NCBI GenBank assembly: GCA_964016885.1
Contig: OZ024743.1
Coordinates: 91,512,001-91,576,000, forward strand
Origin: Eledone cirrhosa
Taxonomy: Eukaryota
Direction of reading: 5' to 3'
DNA length: 64,000 nucleotides
The notes beneath the pieces are model-generated. The model did not search any database and was not told where the DNA came from. It was given only the letters and a program-made list of their open reading frames with translations. The position numbers were made by a program, and so were the translations under genes. This document shows positions 1 through 10,819 of this stretch, piece by piece. The first letter of the stretch is position 1, and every line of letters begins with the position of its first letter.

Positions 1-22
1 ATATACATACATATATACACAT

Positions 23-111
<89 letters not shown>

Positions 112-116
112 CACAA

Positions 117-154
<38 letters not shown>
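1..154. repeat. (CA)n/(TA)n microsatellite
   Basis: Direct inspection; the HTHT/IYIY ORFs are artefacts of this repeat. Confidence 0.98.
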
Positions 155-411
155 GCACATATATCTGTCCCAGGATGATTTTGTATTCGAAATACGTATA
201 ATAAAATATATGGAACTCTTAAAACCATCTTTTATTTCATCTTTATTATATATACTCCAGTTCTACCAACTGTTGAGTGCTACTTATTTGATATATGCAT
301 AGTTTTATTGTTCTACACTATTACTCACCTTCTATATTAACTTGCTCCTTGATTGTTTGAGCGCTAACTCTTATATCGGATACTATTGATGGTCTCTACC
401 TCTATTAAAAC

Positions 412-2799
412 ATGGATTACTACAGCATCACAACTTCACTTAAAGACATACCTATACCGGGAAAAACTGAATACACAAAACTTTTGATAGAAAAAAAGGA
501 CTCTTTCGTGTGGAGGCTTAGATGGATCGCTCATTTCCATGACCAGCGCTTAAAAGGAAATTTTTATAGAAAGGATCCTAATAACCTCGATTCATTATTT
601 AACTCCAGAAGAAATCCTCCCTTTAATAAAAACTTAGCACATTTTGAAAACAAATTAACTAAAATTATACGAGGACTTAAATTCAAAAGAAAACCTTATC
701 GAGGCCAGGGACACCTTATCAACCTTAAGAATTAAATTAATGACCTTAATTCTTCTAAAAACGTATTAGTTCATTCTGACAAAACAAATAATTTATATGG
801 CATAAGTAAGGATAAATATAATAACCTTATCCTTAAAGAACTAAGAAAAAATTATCGTAAAACTACGCACAATAATCTGGATTCTATCAACAGAGAAGCA
901 TATGAGAAAATAACCAACCTCGGAATTGAGAAAAAATGGAACCCTTCTTCCCAAGAACTCCGAGGATTAGTCTGAAGGATCATAAAAGAAATTTTCGAAC
1001 GGACTTGCTTGTAAGGCTAATTGCCCCTTCTAAATCTGACGTAGGGGTTGTTAGTAAATCCATCTTGGATAGAATTATCCCACAGGTTAGGTATAAATCT
1101 CAACTAAATTTATGGTTGGGTTCATCTGAAGTAATAGATAAAATAAAAACAAACTGAAATTTATTCAATTAGACATTGCTAACTATTACTCTTGTATTTC
1201 TCCTTCACTCCTAAACAAGGCTCTCTCATATGCTTTAAAATATACGGACATTACTAGTGAAGAAATAAACATCATTCGCACCGCTAGGAAAACCATCTTG
1301 GAATTTAAAAAGGAATATTGGACAAGAGCGGTCCTTCCAACAATTTCGACATCACCATGGGTTCTTCGGATTCAGCTCAACTGACCGACTTAGTTGGAAT
1401 TTTCATCTTGAATTCTTTAAACCGGAAAATACCCCAACTTTGCGGTGGGATTTATCGTGATGATGCTCTCTTTACTGTCTCTAATTGTAACATTGTAAAC
1501 TTTAATATACTTAAGAAAAAAATACTTGATCTATTTAAGCATCTTAACTTAAAAATTGAATTCGAGAATAATGATAAACTAGCAAATTTCCTTGATATAT
1601 CCCTTAATCTAGATACCGACCTATATTACCCATATCATAAGGATAATGAGAACTTAAATTACGTTAACTTTAAATCTAACCACCCTAATAACGTTAAAAT
1701 TGCTATAGTCAAAAGCGTAGAAAAAAGAATTTTTATTTATTCTCTAATAAAGATATCTTCGAAGCTAATGCCAACTATTATAATAATGCGCTATCTAGGG
1801 CTGGATATCTAGACAAAATTAGGTATACTAAGGAACTTAATCTTGACAGAGGTTATAATAACTCTAGTAATGTAGCTCGTAATAATCATACTGCTAACAA
1901 AAGGAGGAGACCTAGATATAAAAATATCCTTTGGTACAACGCTCCCTTCTCTCTTTCCGTTATTAATAATATCCCTAAATTATTTTTAAGGCATTACATA
2001 ACAGCTTCCCTCCTTCACATATATATAGCAAGATTTTCAATAGGCATACTATAAAATTCTCGTATTCTACTACTTCGAACATTTCAAAAATTATCTCAAG
2101 ATATAATTCTAAAATATTAAATAATAACTCATATTCATCCAACCATGAGAGTCATAATAATAACAGTATAAGGCCCGACGTTAATGTAAACTCTAGGCAA
2201 AATAACACAAGTATAAATACGACGTCAAACGTAACTTTGAGGATTGTATCAAATAGTACTGTAAATCCAGAAACTCTAACACCTCCTTTAGTTAATTCCA
2301 CCACTCCTGATCCTAATATAATTAATCCTGGGCCACTTGCCAATAACTCTGTAAATAATCTTAATCGTAAATGCAACTGCCCTATTAGAACTAATTGTCC
2401 TCTTAGTAATTTCTGTCTCGATAAAAATCTAGTATACGAATGTAAAGTGGTAACTAGTACCAATTCCTATACCAACATTGGCTCTACTTCTACCTCCTTT
2501 AAAGCAAGATTCTATAATCATTCTTCTACATTTAAATCTCCACTTAAAAGAACCAGCACCGCACTCTCAGAACTTATTTGGTCTTAAAAGACAAAAACAT
2601 AAATTACGAAATTTCTTGGCGTAAAATCTACAACGCATCTCCATACTCCAATAATTCCATATCTAGTGTTTGTAATTTATGTCTAGTTGAAAAATTTACC
2701 ATTATTTTGAATTTCAACACAATAATAAATCGAAGAACCGATTTATTTGAACTTTGTAATCATAAATCCTACAAGACATTTCACAAAGTATATAGCTGA
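412..2799 (+). pseudogene. Disrupted PLE RT/GIY-YIG polyprotein
   Basis: ORFs 412-735, 936-1157, 1318-1812, 2237-2587 and 2578-2799 are collinear pieces of one protein broken by stops and frameshifts. Confidence 0.88.
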
Positions 2800-3320
2800 T
2801 GTCCTATAACATATTCCTTGAGTCACTGTTATCTTTACACATCTTTCATTATATTCTACAATGTATTATTTTGCTTTTTCCATTATATATTAAGCCTTTG
2901 ATCTTCTTTTCTTTAGCCTTAGATTTTCGCTCAAACCTTCGTAGATTTTGTAAACAAATGATGACGTCACTTTATAATTAGATTTTCTCTACGTTTTTCC
3001 TACATTTATAAATCATTCTAGCAATTTCCTTTATTTACTTGTTGATATAAAACACTTTTTACTAGAAATTATTAATTTTGACATAGATTATTTTAATTTT
3101 ATTTTATAAAAATCTTTTTATATTTATTTTATTAATACATTTTTACACTTCTTAATCCAATTTTTAGAATTTAAACCCAATATAAAATAATATACCCAGT
3201 TTCTATATTTAGACCTCTAATATTTGAATACCTTCTATAATATTCGCACATACACCTCATCAATTTATTTTTTAACCGTTATTTACAGGTGTTTTCATTT
3301 TGACAGCGTTCCTGATCAAG

Positions 3321-3390
<70 letters not shown>

Positions 3391-3585
3391 CTCTCTCTCT
3401 CTCTATCTCTCTTCTTCTTCTTCCTTCTTTTTTTCTTTCTTCTCTTTCTTTCTCTTTTTTTCTTCTTTCCTTTTCTTCTATTTTCCTATCTATTTCTTAC
3501 TATAGTATTAACACATATTTCTGTCATATGTAGACTTAGCACTTTCCTATAAACAAGTGCTATTATGCCTCATATCATTGTACCT

Positions 3586-3655
3586 TATTTTATCTGAAGA
3601 GAACACAATATCTGTCCCAGGATGATTTTGTATTCGAAATACGTATAATAAAATA
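3586..3655 (+). ncRNA. Type I hammerhead ribozyme in PLE pLTR
   Basis: tattttat-CTGAAGA-gaacacaa..ttgtattc-GAAA-tacgta-TA-ataaaata: stems I and II paired, palindromic stem III. Confidence 0.88.
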
Positions 3656-3684
3656 TATAGAACTCTTATAACCATCTTTTATTT

Positions 3685-3730
<46 letters not shown>

Positions 3731-3764
3731 AGATTTGAATGGATACTGTTTAGTTGAAAGGAAT

Positions 3765-3885
3765 TTATTGACACGTGTTTCTATAACAGTTACATAACCT
3801 GAAAACAGCTGCTATCTACAAAGTATTAGTTATGCAGACATTCAATATTTCAATGTTATTATTTACTGTCATTTCATCAGAATAA
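3765..3885 (-). ncRNA. Type I hammerhead ribozyme
   Basis: Minus strand: ttatt-CTGATGA-aatgacagt..actgttata-GAAA-cacgtg-TC-aataa. Confidence 0.82.
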
Positions 3886-4039
3886 TATTACTGAGGACCT
3901 GTTTGGTTTTTATAGAGAATATTAGGAGGGAGGGGTGAAGTTGTTAGAAGAATAGTTGAGGGAATAGTTGAGGGAGTGTACGTCAATACTCATCTTTTTC
4001 CATTTCAAACCCACTCGCTGTTTCGAAAATATTCTTACT

Positions 4040-4110
<71 letters not shown>

Positions 4111-4113
<3 letters not shown>

Positions 4114-4984
4114 CGAAGGAATTGTGGTAAGGAACCAGATGGACCATGACGCACCAGAGTACTCAATACTTAGGGTAGTAGAGTGGGTAATAGAAAATGT
4201 TCAAGACCCCGACCGATTGCGTAGGACCTACCTCGCCCTTAAACCCCCTCATGACCCGGGTGGGTAGACAATGGCTGCAACATCCTTCTTTTCCCCACTT
4301 GCCGAACAAGATAGGGGAAACCCCAGCATACATAGGTAGATGTACTTATTTTCTTTTTTCCCTTTCTCCTTCCACTCCCTCTCCTCTTCCTTTTTCCTTT
4401 TCCCTCTTTCGCCTACCCCGAGGCAGCCCGTGTCGGGCTTTTGTAGCCTCAGTACCCCCACCCCAGTAAATTCTATATAGTATTGGCCGAAAACGCAACA
4501 CCAGCTAAAAATATACCAGCTGTTTAGACTCTAGTTTTTTTTAAATTATTCTTTATTATTTATTTTTTTTAAATATTATTATTATCTTTATTTATTATTT
4601 TTTAATTTTTCAATCTGAATTTATTAACCTTTTAAATTTATAACTTCCCACTCTCAGATTCCTCCATGATTCTTTTTTCACAGCTTTCTAGCTAGCCTAG
4701 AATTTGTTGTATAGAATTCATTTTCAATGTTTGACCGGCTCCACTCACTCCCTCATTGTTCTACAGGTAAGTTCAGCCACCCCCATCTCCCACACACTGT
4801 CATGAAAGATTTAATTGTGTTTACAAGAAATTTTGACCAATCCTTTTGACAACTACAATCTTCCCATATAAGGAATTACCCCTTGAAAAGTTCGGCTATT
4901 TATTACCACGCTAAAAATTCTAATTTAGTCCAGAAATAGCCGGCGAAACGGCTTGAGCTCTGCCGTCGGGGTCTTGAACATTTT

Positions 4985-4990
<6 letters not shown>
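4111..4990. mobile_element. Non-autonomous (TA)n-inserted element, family 'taacgaagg..', carrying a hammerhead and a short inverted terminal segment
   Basis: The same head sequence occurs at 15229-15470, 46362-46510 and reversed at ~10210-10322. 4194-4214 is inverted at 4966-4986. Confidence 0.7.
4878..4972 (+). ncRNA. Hammerhead ribozyme, U3-A8 core variant
   Basis: acccc-TTGAAAA-gttcggctattt..aaatagccggc-GAAA-cggc(ttgagctct)gccg-TC-ggggt: all three stems pair. Confidence 0.8.
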
Positions 4991-5035
<45 letters not shown>

Positions 5036-5092
5036 TAATAAAAACAATGAAATAAAAACAAAGAACAAGTTCCTTATATTAAAAAATTCATC

Positions 5093-5218
5093 ATTTTACG
5101 ATCGTTTCTGGGATGTATATGTGTGTTGGTATGTATATCATATAGATCTATGTAAAAATATTACAAACTATCAGATGAAATATACATACCTTCACATATA
5201 CATGCTGTCTTCAGAAAT
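5093..5218 (-). ncRNA. Type I hammerhead ribozyme with long stem II
   Basis: Minus strand: attt-CTGAAGA-cagcatgtatatgtg..cacatatacatccca-GAAA-cgatcg-TA-aaat; the base of stem II is imperfect. Confidence 0.72.
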
Positions 5219-5362
5219 AATCTTTTATTAATTTATCTTGACTCTGTTTTCTTGTGATTTTCATCGAAAATATTTGAATGCATCTTCTCTTTTCATGATA
5301 TTTGGATTACATTGAGTTCGTCATACGGATTGGACACTACCGTATATTTGGGTAGATTTATC

Positions 5363-5414
<52 letters not shown>

Positions 5415-5420
5415 GATAAA

Positions 5421-5496
5421 TCTACTGATGAACGATTCCAACCGTGACCATCCCCACTGAAAGTTTCGTGAAATAGTCTTTTTAAGACTATATAGA
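5421..5496 (+). ncRNA. Type I hammerhead ribozyme
   Basis: tcta-CTGATGA-acga..tcgt-GAAA-tagtctt(ttt)aagacta-TA-taga. Confidence 0.85.
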
Positions 5497-5868
5497 GCAT
5501 TTGAAGTTTTTCCAAATTGAAGGATGAGTATTTAAACTTTATTTTATTCAGAGTTAAGGCTCTATTGATTTTTCCCTGGATTTCACAAAATTCTATGGAT
5601 AAATCTGTCTTGATTTGTTTTAATTGAGTTTGAATTATTTTCCCACATCTTACGTTAATTATTTTCCATTTTGATGTAATAGTCACTTATATATTATGAA
5701 ATACAGTGGGCTTCACGCTCACAATAATTTCTATACTTTCATTAATATATATATATGTATATATATATATATATGTAAAATGTAAACAGAAATAACAACA
5801 CAATCGGTACAGTATATGGAAGGAATATATTAGGTTAACGCTTGATATAGCAGGAAGAGGGTCTTAAC

Positions 5869-5947
<79 letters not shown>

Positions 5948-6018
5948 AAAGACGTAAAATAAGAAAATATTTTTTAAAAAATTTTTAAAAAATTTTTTAC
6001 TTACTTACTTAAATTTTC

Positions 6019-6100
6019 ACTCCAACTAATTAGTTTCTGCAATGGGATAAAGACAGTTACATAATCCAACTGTCGAGAATTCATTGCGTCATCAGGGAGT
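6019..6100 (-). ncRNA. Type I hammerhead ribozyme (copy 1)
   Basis: Minus strand: actcc-CTGATGA-cgcaatg..cattgca-GAAA-ctaattag-TT-ggagt. Confidence 0.85.
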
Positions 6101-6571
6101 CTATTCTCAGCTGAGCCTCCAGGCAATGCGCGGACACTGGCGGCTCATATAAAAATAATAATTCGGTAGAAAGAACAGCTAGGCGAGGACTGGATTCTAT
6201 GTACTGAAATTCTCACTGCTTCCAGTCAAATGGCCGATTCTAAAGAATCAATCACGTGACATAGAGGCTAGTTAGAAGGAATGGGATGGTAAGATGACTG
6301 ACGCCTACTAACACCCCAAAAAAAATTTTGAAGTGGTTTTGGCAGGTTTGCTCGACAAATCAGTGATTTGGAGATAAATATAGATAATTTAATATATCAA
6401 CTAACATAGGCGCACAGATGTACGTCCATGCCAGCAAATACACAGGTTATGTCATAGTACCTAGGTGGTTCAATGCAGGAAAGTGCAGAACAATAATATA
6501 AAAGACGTAAAATAAGAAAATATTTTTAAAAAAATTTTAAAAAATTTTTTTACTTACTTACTTAAATTTTC

Positions 6572-6653
6572 ACTCCAACTAATTAGTTTCTGCAATGGGA
6601 TAAAGACAGTTACATAATCCAACTGTCTAGAATTCATTGCGTCATCAGGGAGT
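6572..6653 (-). ncRNA. Type I hammerhead ribozyme (copy 2)
   Basis: Same motif as 6019-6100, 553 nt downstream. Confidence 0.85.
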
Positions 6654-6989
6654 CTATTCTCAGCTGAGCCTCCAGGCAATGCGCGGACACTGGCGGCTCA
6701 TATAAAAATAATAATTCGGTAGAAAGAACAGCTAGGCGAGGACTGGATTCTATGTACTGAAATTCTCACTGCTTCCAGTCAAATGGCCGATTCTAAAGAA
6801 TCAATCACGTGACATAGAGGCTAGTTAGAAGGAATGGGATGGTAAGATGACTGACGCCTACTAACACCCCAAATATATTGTTGTTCTGCACTTTCCTGCA
6901 TTGAACCACCTAGGTACTATGACATAACCTGTGTATTTGCTGGCATGGACGTACATCTGTGCGCCTATGTTAGTTGATATATTAAATTA

Positions 6990-7033
<44 letters not shown>

Positions 7034-7188
7034 GAGGTTATATTTAATTTAAAAATTAAAAAAATTTTATAACTGATATAAAGCACTCAACAGTTTAGTG
7101 GAGTAAATATACAATATATTAATAAATAATAAATGGAAACTATATTTATAAAACCATATTTATTTTATTATACATATTTCAATGGCAA

Positions 7189-7269
<81 letters not shown>

Positions 7270-7442
7270 CGTCCCGTCACGCACAAGGCGCCAAGGTACG
7301 CATGTATTGTCCAACCAAGTGCCAATGTGGTTCAATGGCGGGTTAATAAATTAACGAGCCAGAACAAATATAAACAAGGTTTAGTAAATAATGAAAAAGT
7401 TTCAAAATAAATTTTAAAAAATTGACTTTACCTACTATTGTT

Positions 7443-7526
7443 ACCTTTACCGATCGGTTTCGAATCCCAAAAATAAAACGGAGACCATACGGCCTTCGTT
7501 GCAAAGAAAGATACTCGTCAGAAGGT
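7443..7526 (-). ncRNA. Type I hammerhead ribozyme
   Basis: Minus strand: acctt-CTGACGA-gtatct..ggattc-GAAA-ccgatcgg-TA-aaggt. Confidence 0.82.
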
Positions 7527-7927
7527 TCTTTTCATTCAAAGAATATAAAATTCCTGAATTTAAATCACAAACTAGCGCTATCAAAAACTGTTCCTGGGAT
7601 GAGAGTGGATGATGTAGAACAGGTTTATCAAGGGCCGTAGCAAAGATAGAGGCAAAAGGAGGTAGGTCAAACTAGCCACCGCTATTGCTAGCAGCAGTCG
7701 GAATGACCCGGTTTGTTCTCAACGTTAGTGGAGGTAGTAGTAATATGAAATACGTCCCGTCACGCACAATAGCGGTGGCTAGTTTGACCTACCTCCTTTT
7801 GCCTCTATCTTTGCTACGGCCCTTGATAAACCTGTTCTACATCATCCACTCTCATCCCAGGAACAGTTTTTGATAGCGCTAGTTTGTGATTTAAATTCAG
7901 GAATTTTATATTCTTTGAATGAAAAGA

Positions 7928-8011
7928 ACCTTCTGACGAGAATCTTTCTTTGCAACGAAGGCCGTATGGTTTCCGTTTTATTTTTGGGATTCGAAACCGA
8001 TCGGTAAAGGT
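7928..8011 (+). ncRNA. Type I hammerhead ribozyme
   Basis: acctt-CTGACGA-gaatct..ggattc-GAAA-ccgatcgg-TA-aaggt. Confidence 0.88.
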
Positions 8012-8078
8012 AACAATAGTAGGTAAAGTCAATTTTTTAAAATTTATTTTGAAACTTTTTCATTATTTACTAAACCTT

Positions 8079-8196
<118 letters not shown>

Positions 8197-8504
8197 AGAT
8201 AAATCAAATTTGTTTCTGTTGATCAGAGGTTCTCAAAGTGGGCGTCCCCCACCACCTCCGAGCCCCGAGGGGTTCTATAGCTTAAGGTAGTGGTAGAGAA
8301 AAAGGGGGCATTAGGAGTAATGGAGAGGCTGTGTCATTTTATGTGTTCTTTTTTCTACTTAAGAATCTATCCAGGGCCAGATTCACCAAATTTTTGCAAC
8401 TTGAGAGACATCAAAAATGTCACAACAATGATGGCATTTCTGTGTTTCTCTTTCTTTCTCTCTTTTTCTGCCACTGTTAAATTTCTCTCTATATATATAT
8501 CATC

Positions 8505-8740
8505 ATAATCGTCATCATCGAATTAAAGTCTATCTTCCACGCTAGTATGGGTTAGACGGGTTTGTCCCATTTAGAGGATAGTTGGGTTGGGTGAGCGTGT
8601 CTCGCTCATATAGGGGTGTTTCTGGTTGGTTTTCTATGGTTGGATGCCCTTCCTAACGCCAACCACATTGACAGTGTGGGCTGGATTCTTTTTGTCATGA
8701 CACCTACATGATCACTTTACAGTGTGGGCTGGATGTTATT
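8505..8740 (-). mobile_element. RTE-3'-end-derived SINE/short LINE fragment with (CAT)n tail and 48-bp units
   Basis: Homologous to the RTE 3' UTR at 16180-16620. Further copies lie at ~10340-10800, 13950-14000, 16855-17025, 17100-17460, 18500-18560, 44449-44980, 53430-53710 and from 53872. Confidence 0.8.
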
Positions 8741-9159
8741 TGCATATATACACACATGGTCTATATATATTTGTGTATATGGTCTATATATACATATTTG
8801 TATATATTGTGTATATACGCACATATCATCATCACCTCTGTCTTTACAATGATATATATATGTATGATCATAAACATATTCTCTTACAACAAATACAGAC
8901 CGATAAAATATGCACACTCCACTTTTCCCTTCACAGTTCTGTATACGCACATACACACCCTTGTAATAACATACTTTTGCTCATAGCTTCGTACTTACAA
9001 GCACACATACTCTTCTACTTACATATACACACACATGCATACGCACGTACACAAGTATAGCTCTTTTTAAAAAACGTTTTTTTTTCCATTTCAGGTTGAC
9101 GTGCTCCATCCACTTTTCTAAAAAAATAAATCATACACAAAACGCCAGTACCAACAGTT

Positions 9160-9380
9160 TTCCAAGAGATGTCAACATGAATGGATTTGTTATTTTTATC
9201 TAAAGACATATTTTCCAATTCCAACCTGCCCGTCCCCTCAATCTAACTTATTTCTCATTCTTTCTTCTGATGAAGGACTAGCGTCCAAAACGTTAAGACC
9301 CTGTTATTTCAAGCGTTAACCTAATATATTACTTCCATATACTGTACCGACTGTGTTGTTATTTCTGTTTACTTTTTACA
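9160..9380 (+). mobile_element. PLE-type pLTR fragment with degenerate minimal hammerhead (9263-9298)
   Basis: tctt-CTGATGA-aggactagcgtcc-aAAA-cg-TT-aaga. Homologous copies occur at 45805-46025 (+), 5766-5875 (-, partial) and 63629-63685 (-). Confidence 0.7.
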
Positions 9381-9571
9381 CACACACACATATATATACT
9401 ATAAATTATGTCCATAGAATCATTTGATAATATATATACACCATTTCCTCTCCCAATTAACATAATTAACCACATAAAAAAACAATTAAACCAGGCTATA
9501 AGATTAAAAGGCACCTATGAAGAAATAATAGATAAATAAACGATAGCCATCTATTCGCGATCAACGGCCAT

Positions 9572-9604
<33 letters not shown>

Positions 9605-10819
9605 GATGAGAGAGTTACTACTGATTGTAACTGGTCAGTATAACAATTTCACTCTCTATCTCTTGACTAATTTTCTATCTCTTTTACACTTTTACTCTTT
9701 TACCTGTTCCAGCCATCTGGCTGAGCCCATGCTGGGGCACCACCATTGTTACTACATGTTTTATATCCAACCTGTGCCCTTCCCGGACCTCAGAGTAATT
9801 GATAACTAGATTTCTTTATCAGGAACTGAATTAGTATTCAAATATAAATGCTTGGCTTTTTAGCCAAGTGTTAGATTAGGCAAACTTAACTTAAACACTC
9901 TACGCTACCTTCTTTGATTCTTACACGCTGAAATTATATTCTTTCTCTCTTTTTTTTTCTCTTTTGCCCCAGGTGAATCTGCCTTCTTACCCCTTCCCCC
10001 TTGTATTTCGACCTGTTTAGCTCCCCCGCCGCTGCCACTATGAAAGTATTTAACTATGTACATGACATCCCATATCACTGACCACTCCCTGTGACAGACA
10101 AGAAAAACAACAAACTTTTAGGATTTTTTGCTTAAATTTTTTTTACTTTGACTGCATGTCCATATATGGACTGTACCCCTTGATAAGTTCAGCTAGATTC
10201 CTGCTGTTCTAGTACTGGTGGCTTAGTTCGGGTCCTGACTCTTTTCCTACTCTACTACCATAAGTATTGAGTACTCTGGTGCGTTATAGTCCACCTTGTA
10301 TCTTACCACACCCTCTTTGTTATATATATATATATATCCTCATCATCATCATCCTCATTGTTTAACGTCTATCTTCCATGTTAGCATGGGTTAGACAGGA
10401 ATTGTCCCACTTGAGGCAAGATAGATCAGGTGACCGTGTCTCGCTCATATATGACTGTACCTGGCAGGTTTTCTACGGCTGGATGCCCTTCCTAACACCA
10501 ACCACATAGTGTGGACTGGGAGCCTTTTTACTGTGTCTCCTACACAACAACTTTACAGCGTGGCCTGGGTGCTTTTTTTGTTGTGACGCCTACATGACCT
10601 CTTTAGATTGGACTGGATGTTGCAGTACCAACATCACTTTACAGAGAAAGGGAGGTGTTGGTGGGAGTGGGAGGGTGCAGTAGGAGTAGTTGGTTGGGGT
10701 GTATATTTGGTTAAGAGGTGTCTACTGACTGTAAGTTAACTTTGTATGTAGGGAAGGTGGGGCTTCTGTATTACTGCGTACCGCCAAAGATCTCGATCCA
10801 ATATATATATATATATATA

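Larger units (their letters stand above)
161..3688 (+). mobile_element. Penelope-like retroelement (RT + C-terminal GIY-YIG endonuclease), degenerate, with ~80-bp direct terminal repeat (pLTR), inserted in (TA)n
   Basis: The terminal repeat 161-241 matches 3608-3688. Frameshifted ORF pieces 412-2799 carry PLE RT motifs (KFIQLDIANYY, MGSSDSAQLTDLVG, GIYRDDA, FLDISLNL) and a GIY-YIG domain (CNC..CPL..C, LVYECKV..NIGST, CNLCLVEK..CNH). A hammerhead motif lies in the 3' pLTR. Confidence 0.92.
5943..6995 (-). mobile_element. Non-coding retrozyme/PLE-like element: 378-bp direct repeats, each with a hammerhead, plus a 120-bp inverted repeat; flanked by (TA)n
   Basis: 5943-6320 matches 6496-6873 (period 553); 6379-6499 is inverted at 6874-6995. 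Confidence 0.8.

Noticed and set aside
1155-1157. TGA in the PLE ORF as possible selenocysteine recoding
   Set aside because: The downstream RT motif (LKFIQLDI) is in a different frame, so this is a frameshift rather than read-through.
7422-8032. Duplicated 72-aa ORF on both strands
   Set aside because: A by-product of the inverted repeat, with a non-ATG start and overlap with hammerhead structure; no protein motif.
8224-8300. hAT-like terminal sequence cagaggttctcaaagtggg
   Set aside because: No matching second TIR or target-site duplication was found.
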